Of a DNA stretch of 38,881 bases, positions 33,646 to 38,881 are shown piece after piece; positions within the stretch are counted from its first letter, which is position 1; the number at the start of each line of letters is the position of its first letter. Location of the stretch: the IMG/VR virus record IMGVR_UViG_3300045988_103004, positions 1-38,881 of that record. One strand, written 5' to 3'. A program made the position numbers and the translations under genes. The stretch is from a virus. Under the pieces are notes generated by a model, which saw only the letters and a list, made by a program, of their open reading frames with translations, was not told the origin of the DNA and did not search any database.

Positions 33646-35644
33646 TAACAAAGAATTACATATTGATCTTGAAACTTATAGTGAAATAGACATTGTGGAT
33701 TGTGGCTCATACCGTTATATAGATGATGAATCATTTGAAATTTTATTAGTAGCATTTGCATTTAATAATGATCCAGTAGAAATAGTAGACTTATGCCAGG
33801 GCGAAGTATTACCTGAAATGGTAGTACAAGCCCTAGCAGATCCTACCATTATAAAAAAGGCACACAATGCAAACTTCGAAAGAAATTGTCTTAAAAAATA
33901 TTTAAAAACGGAAATGCCACCAGAGCAATGGGTGTGTTCAGCAGTTCGTGCATCAGAACTGGGACTTCCACGAAGCCTGGAAGCAGTAGGCGAAGCATTA
34001 GGACTTGAAGAAGATCAAAAGAAATTAAAAACAGGCAAAGCTCTTATTCAGTATTTTTGTAAACCATGTAAACCCACTAAAGCTAACGGCGGAAGAACAA
34101 GAAATATGCCATGGCATTATATAGAAAGATGGGAATTATTTAAAGAATATTGTAAGCAAGATGTTGCAACTGAAAGAGTAATCGATAAAAGGCTTGAGGC
34201 TTATCCAGAAACTAAGCCAATGGAAAGAGCGTTATGGTGTTTAGACCAAAGAATAAATGATTATGGAGTTCTCGTTGACCTTACACTTGCTCAAAACATA
34301 CTAAATTATAATGATTACCATATTGAAGCTTTAATGAATGAAGCTAAGACAATATCAGGGTTAGATAATCCGCAAAGTTTGTCACAAGCAAAAGCCTGGA
34401 TTAAAAGCTTAGGTTATTCAGATTTAACGTCACTAACTAAAAACGATATAAAAATTATTTTAAAAGAAATCAATGAAGGGTGGGATAAACTACCACCTGA
34501 AGAAACAAATAAACTCAAACGTTTTCTCGAAATTAGACAAGAACTGGGAAAAACTAGCGTTACGAAATACGCAGCTATAACTCGTTCGGTTTGCCATGAT
34601 GGAAGAGTAAGAGGAATGCTCCTATTTTATGGGGCAAATAGAACTGGTAGATGGGCTGGACGAATAGTCCAATTACAAAACCTACCGCAAAACAAATTAG
34701 ATAAAATAGACTTCACAAGAAATTTGGTTCTTAACAATGACTTTGATCTAATAGAAATGTTTTATAAATCACCTATGGATGTATTTAGTCAATTAATAAG
34801 GACTTCTTTTATAGCAAGAGATGGCTACACATTTGCAGTAGCCGATTATTCAGCGATTGAAGCAAGAGTAATAGCTTGGTTAGCTGGTGAAAAGTGGGTA
34901 CAAGAAGTATTTGCAACACATGGCAAAATTTACGAAGCTACAGCGGCTCAAATGTTTCACGTTCCAATCGAATCAGTTACGCATGGTAGCGACTTAAGAA
35001 AAAAAGGAAAAATTGCTCAACTAGCTTGTGGTTATCAAGGAGGAGTAGGAGCTTTAAGTGCAATGGACTCTAACAATGATATACCAGAAGAAGAAAAGCA
35101 AAGCTTAATTGATAGCTGGCGTGCTGCTAATCCGCACATAGTAAAGTTCTGGTATGACACCGAAGCAAATGCAAAGAATGCCATTAGATATCCTGGAACT
35201 ATTGTAAAAGGACCACATGGAATAGCTTTTAAAATGATAAAAGACACTTTATTTATCAAGCTTCCAAGTGGAAGATCTATAGCTTACAACAAAGCTATTT
35301 TAACAAAGACAGGAAATGGACGAGAAAGCATTACTTATATGGGTACAAACCAAGAAACAAAAAGGTGGGAACGCACAGAAACTTATGGTGGAAAAATAGT
35401 TGAAAATATAGTACAAGCAACAGCTAGAGACTGCCTGGGTAACGCAATGCTTAATTTATCAGCAAAAGGGTATAATGCACAATTCCATATCCACGATGAA
35501 GTAATTATCGAAGTGGAAGAAAGCCGACAAGCTGAAGCCTTAGAAGAAATCAGAAACATTATGCGATTAAAAGATGTTGAATGGATCAAGGGACTAATTC
35601 TTAATGCTGAAGGCTATACAACTAAATATTACATGAAAGATTAG
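33605..35644 (+). CDS. DNA polymerase, family A (3'-5' exonuclease plus polymerase; no 5'-3' exonuclease)
   Basis: Exo I 'HIDLETYSE'; pol motif A 'AVADYSAIEARVIAWLAGE'; motif B 'RKKGKIAQLACGYQGGVGAL'; motif C 'HIHDEVIIE'. Start may be GTG 33605 or ATG 33632. Confidence 0.85.
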   Translation: MTASNTKTTMKNSNNKELHIDLETYSEIDIVDCGSYRYIDDESFEILLVAFAFNNDPVEIVDLCQGEVLPEMVVQALADPTIIKKAHNANFERNCLKKYLKTEMPPEQWVCSAVRASELGLPRSLEAVGEALGLEEDQKKLKTGKALIQYFCKPCKPTKANGGRTRNMPWHYIERWELFKEYCKQDVATERVIDKRLEAYPETKPMERALWCLDQRINDYGVLVDLTLAQNILNYNDYHIEALMNEAKTISGLDNPQSLSQAKAWIKSLGYSDLTSLTKNDIKIILKEINEGWDKLPPEETNKLKRFLEIRQELGKTSVTKYAAITRSVCHDGRVRGMLLFYGANRTGRWAGRIVQLQNLPQNKLDKIDFTRNLVLNNDFDLIEMFYKSPMDVFSQLIRTSFIARDGYTFAVADYSAIEARVIAWLAGEKWVQEVFATHGKIYEATAAQMFHVPIESVTHGSDLRKKGKIAQLACGYQGGVGALSAMDSNNDIPEEEKQSLIDSWRAANPHIVKFWYDTEANAKNAIRYPGTIVKGPHGIAFKMIKDTLFIKLPSGRSIAYNKAILTKTGNGRESITYMGTNQETKRWERTETYGGKIVENIVQATARDCLGNAMLNLSAKGYNAQFHIHDEVIIEVEESRQAEALEEIRNIMRLKDVEWIKGLILNAEGYTTKYYMKD

Positions 35645-35656
35645 AGGTAGATATTT

Positions 35657-36514
35657 ATGCTTGAAGAAAAGATAATATATCGCCATAAATATGAAATCGA
35701 AGGTATTACACTTCATGAATGGTGTAAACGCAATGGATGTAGTTATACAGTTGCATATAAATTAGCTGCTGAAGGTAAAACGGAAGCAGAAATAAAGAAG
35801 TATTTACTAAAGCACTATTTTAAAAGAGAAGATAACATCTATATTGATGCTTTAGTTGCTACTTCAAAATGGAAAGCAGCTAAAACAAGCTACGAAAGAA
35901 ATTGTGTGCGTTCAGAGTTTGAAGCTAACTGGGGCTCACATCATAAATACGAAGTTTTATGGGATGAAATAACCTTAGGAACTTTTGTATTTAAAGGCGA
36001 AAGGTGGTTACCAGTTCCAGGAACAAAGAGCTATGAATGCTCCAATCAAGGAAGAGTAAGAAAGAAATTACAAGGTGGAATATATAAAATACTTCATCCT
36101 TATGCAAAAAATAGATTTAACAAAAAAGGTAAAGCAAATAGAAAAATGCTTGCAGTTAAATGCGGTAATAAAGAATTTGCCTTATCTAGACTAATTGCTG
36201 AAGTGTTTATCCCACACACAGCTGACGAGAAAATCGTTTTAATAAAAGATAGAAAATGGAAGCATGTGTGGGTTGAGAACTTAGAATGGGTTAGTCGAAA
36301 AAAGGCGGGCTCTAAAACGGGGTACTGCCCTAGTCGTTCAATTGAAGTAGAACGATTAGATGATGAAGGAAATGTCATCGAAACTTATAGATCAGCAAGA
36401 GAAGCTGGAAAAGCTCTATTCATGAGTTATCAAACGGCATTAGATTACTGCCACGGAAGAGTAAGAAAGCCCATGTACAATTTGAGGTTTAAAGATAGAG
36501 GTAATAATTTATGA
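35657..36514 (+). CDS. HNH/NUMOD-type homing endonuclease-like protein
   Basis: 285 aa; 'SYECSNQGRVRKK' (NUMOD4) and 'IETYRSAREAGKALFMSYQTALDYCHGR' (NUMOD1-like HTH); inserted between the polymerase and primase genes. Confidence 0.5.
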   Translation: MLEEKIIYRHKYEIEGITLHEWCKRNGCSYTVAYKLAAEGKTEAEIKKYLLKHYFKREDNIYIDALVATSKWKAAKTSYERNCVRSEFEANWGSHHKYEVLWDEITLGTFVFKGERWLPVPGTKSYECSNQGRVRKKLQGGIYKILHPYAKNRFNKKGKANRKMLAVKCGNKEFALSRLIAEVFIPHTADEKIVLIKDRKWKHVWVENLEWVSRKKAGSKTGYCPSRSIEVERLDDEGNVIETYRSAREAGKALFMSYQTALDYCHGRVRKPMYNLRFKDRGNNL

Positions 36515-38881
36515 TTTTAAAGAATGGGAGCAGATTTGAACTAAGCATTGCAATAGGAAAATCGCGCAAAGAAACAAGATGGAAAAATATAGTCATAACA
36601 TGGCAAGAACTAGTTAATAGATTAAGTGAAACAGTTAAAACCTATGAAACTTATAATGACTACGTCTCAATGAAAAAAGATGAACAAGCTCAGATAAAAG
36701 ATGTGGGTGGTTTTGTAGGCGGTGAATTAAGAAACGGAACACGAAAAAATGAATTCGTAAAAAATAGATCCATTGTCACACTTGATATAGACTATGGCAC
36801 GCCTGATTTATGGAATGATATAGAATCATTAACAACCTATGCTCTTGTAGCTTATGGCACACATAAATACACGGAAAAAACACCTCGAATTAGATTAGTA
36901 ATACCTCTAAATAGAAAAGTTAGTCCTGAAGAATATGAAGCAATAGCAAGGAAATTAGCTTCGGAAATAGGAATGGATTATTTCGATGACACTACTTACG
37001 AACCAGCAAGACTAATGTTCTGGCCCTCAACTCCTAAAGATATTAATTACTTTTATAGAGTTCTTGATAATCCTATTCTGGATGCCGACTCAGTACTTGC
37101 AAAATATCCAGATTGGAAAGATACAAGCTATTGGCCTGAATCCAGTAGATCAGAAAAAGTAAGAGCTAAAACAGCAGACAAGCAAGGTGATCCATTAGAA
37201 AAAGAGGGATTGATTGGTGCATTTTGTAGAACTTATAGCATCCAAGAAGCAATAGAAAAATTTATCCCGGATGAATATGTAGAAGCTGGAAAAGGTCGAT
37301 ACACTTATGTAAAAGGTTCAACTTATGGTGGATTAGTAATTTACCAGGATAAATTCGCTTACAGCAATCACTCAACTGACCCAACTGGAGGAATGCTATG
37401 CAATGCATTTGATTTAGTGAGAATTCATAAATTCCACGATGAAGATGCAGAAGCAAAAGAAGGAACTCCAGTTAATAAATTACCATCATGGAATATGATG
37501 ATGGACTTAGTAAGAACTGATAAAGAAGTCAGGGTTACAATCGCTAAGGAGCGACAATCTGAAGCAGCTAAAGAATTTGCACCCCAAGACGAAGAAATCG
37601 CACCAGAAGAAGAATTAGACACAAAGTGGATGGAAAGTCTTACGGTAGGTAAAAATGGAATAATTGAAACTACACGTAACAATTTAATTTTAATTTTAAA
37701 AAACGATCCTAGACTAAATGGCCTAGGAAAATTAAACCTCTTTAATGGGAGGTACATAGTTACTTCTAAATTGCCATGGGTACGAAATAGCGAATGCTGG
37801 ACTGATGTCGATGATGCCGGATTAATGTGGTACGTTGAAGAAGCTTATAGCATCGAAGGAAAACAAAAAATTCTCGATGCAAAAAATTTAGTATTTAATG
37901 AACGTGCTTATCATCCTGTAAAAGAATATTTGAATAGTCTTAAATGGGATGGAAAGCCTAGAGTTGAAAGTCTATTTTGCGATTATCTCGGCGCAGATAG
38001 AAACGAATATACTTATGAGATTACAAGAAAAACATTAGCTGCAGCTGTGGCAAGAATTTTTAATCCTGGATGTAAATTTGACTTTATGCTTACATTGGTA
38101 GGACCGCAAGGGATAGGAAAGTCAATGTTATTAGCTAGATTAGGCGGCGAGTGGTTTAGCGATACTTTAACAGATGTAAAAGGCAAGGAATCGTATGAAG
38201 CACTAGACGGCGTATGGATTATGGAAATGGGAGAACTTACAGCTTTAAAAAGAAGTGAAAGAGAAACTATTAAACAGTACATATCGAAGCAAGTAGATAC
38301 TTACAGAAAGGCTTATGAACGCAATGTTACAGTTAATAAGCGTCAATGTATTTTTATAGGAACAACTAATGATAATGAATTTTTAAATGACTCAACAGGT
38401 GGACGAAGGTTCTGGGTAATTGATACCCACATAGAACAAAGAGTAAAAAAAGTATGGGATGATTTTACTGATGAAGAAAGAGACCAAGTGTGGGCAGAAG
38501 CAGTGCAAATTTATAGAAAGGGTGAATCCATTAATGGATTAAGTGATGAAACACTTAGAAAGGCTCAAGACTTACAACAATCACACTCTGAAGATAATGA
38601 CATGCTAGGTTTAATTGAAGTTTATTTAAATACGCCTATACCATCTAACTGGGATAAATTGTCAATTCCAGAACGTACTCAATGGATCAATGCTACTGAT
38701 GAATTTAGAGACACATCAAATAAAGATGATTTAAAAGTGCGAACACGCATATCAGCAATAGAAGTATGGTGTGAATGTTTGCAACAGAATAAGGCTTTAA
38801 TAACAAAAGCTAAATCACGCGAAATCAATGAATGTTTATCTAGAATACCTGGATGGGAATCAACCAAAGGTCCAAAAAAGT
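36511..38881 (+). CDS. bifunctional AEP primase-polymerase / D5-VirE-type helicase. The 3' end is cut by the window; the frame continues through the terminal repeat to a TAG at 147..149, so the gene is complete on the circular genome.
   Basis: Open frame with no stop for 790 codons; AEP motif 'IVTLDIDYG'; P-loop 'GPQGIGKS'; 'IFIGTTNDNEFLNDSTGGRRFWVI' (VirE/D5 C-terminal). Not listed in the ORF track because no in-window stop. Confidence 0.8.
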   Translation, partial: MILKNGSRFELSIAIGKSRKETRWKNIVITWQELVNRLSETVKTYETYNDYVSMKKDEQAQIKDVGGFVGGELRNGTRKNEFVKNRSIVTLDIDYGTPDLWNDIESLTTYALVAYGTHKYTEKTPRIRLVIPLNRKVSPEEYEAIARKLASEIGMDYFDDTTYEPARLMFWPSTPKDINYFYRVLDNPILDADSVLAKYPDWKDTSYWPESSRSEKVRAKTADKQGDPLEKEGLIGAFCRTYSIQEAIEKFIPDEYVEAGKGRYTYVKGSTYGGLVIYQDKFAYSNHSTDPTGGMLCNAFDLVRIHKFHDEDAEAKEGTPVNKLPSWNMMMDLVRTDKEVRVTIAKERQSEAAKEFAPQDEEIAPEEELDTKWMESLTVGKNGIIETTRNNLILILKNDPRLNGLGKLNLFNGRYIVTSKLPWVRNSECWTDVDDAGLMWYVEEAYSIEGKQKILDAKNLVFNERAYHPVKEYLNSLKWDGKPRVESLFCDYLGADRNEYTYEITRKTLAAAVARIFNPGCKFDFMLTLVGPQGIGKSMLLARLGGEWFSDTLTDVKGKESYEALDGVWIMEMGELTALKRSERETIKQYISKQVDTYRKAYERNVTVNKRQCIFIGTTNDNEFLNDSTGGRRFWVIDTHIEQRVKKVWDDFTDEERDQVWAEAVQIYRKGESINGLSDETLRKAQDLQQSHSEDNDMLGLIEVYLNTPIPSNWDKLSIPERTQWINATDEFRDTSNKDDLKVRTRISAIEVWCECLQQNKALITKAKSREINECLSRIPGWESTKGPKK

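Noticed and set aside
1-38881. CRISPR arrays and tRNA/tmRNA genes
   Set aside because: No regularly spaced direct repeats and no tRNA-like cloverleaf or T-loop (GTTCGAATC-type) motifs found in any intergenic GC-rich region.

Overview
The window is a complete, circularly permuted temperate siphovirus (or prophage-derived) genome of about 38.8 kb, roughly 33% GC, with the dense, almost entirely plus-strand gene packing typical of phages of low-GC Gram-positive hosts. Positions 1..99 are identical to 38783..38881, so the contig wraps around. Standard genetic code; TGA stops overlap ATG starts at several junctions. Modules in order: (1) iteron-rich putative origin at 120..415; (2) VRR-NUC nuclease, SNF2-type helicase and HNH endonuclease; (3) a ParB-domain/amino-methyltransferase fusion gene interrupted by a G10 homopolymer, followed by a phage-encoded S-adenosylmethionine synthetase (MetK); (4) small and large terminase subunits, portal, prohead protease and HK97-type major capsid; (5) connector and tail genes, including a programmed -1 frameshift tail chaperone, a 480-aa tape measure, and three paralogous tail fibre/receptor-binding proteins; (6) a diversity-generating retroelement: a 575-aa target gene with a C-terminal variable repeat, a template repeat showing adenine-specific mismatches, a DGR-type reverse transcriptase, and a translationally coupled nucleotidyltransferase-fold gene in place of Avd; (7) lysogeny module on the minus strand: large serine recombinase plus CI-like repressor; (8) rightward early operon that opens with a very acidic small protein and several small Zn-ribbon or unknown proteins (candidate anti-defence island), followed by an XRE regulator, a Cas4-like PD-(D/E)XK nuclease, an SSB-like protein, a family A DNA polymerase, two further HNH homing endonuclease-like genes, and an AEP primase-polymerase/helicase whose 3' end runs through the window end. 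No endolysin, tRNA or CRISPR array is recognisable. Several GC-rich palindromic islands, notably 20031..20211 and 29714..29986, are not explained by the coding annotation.
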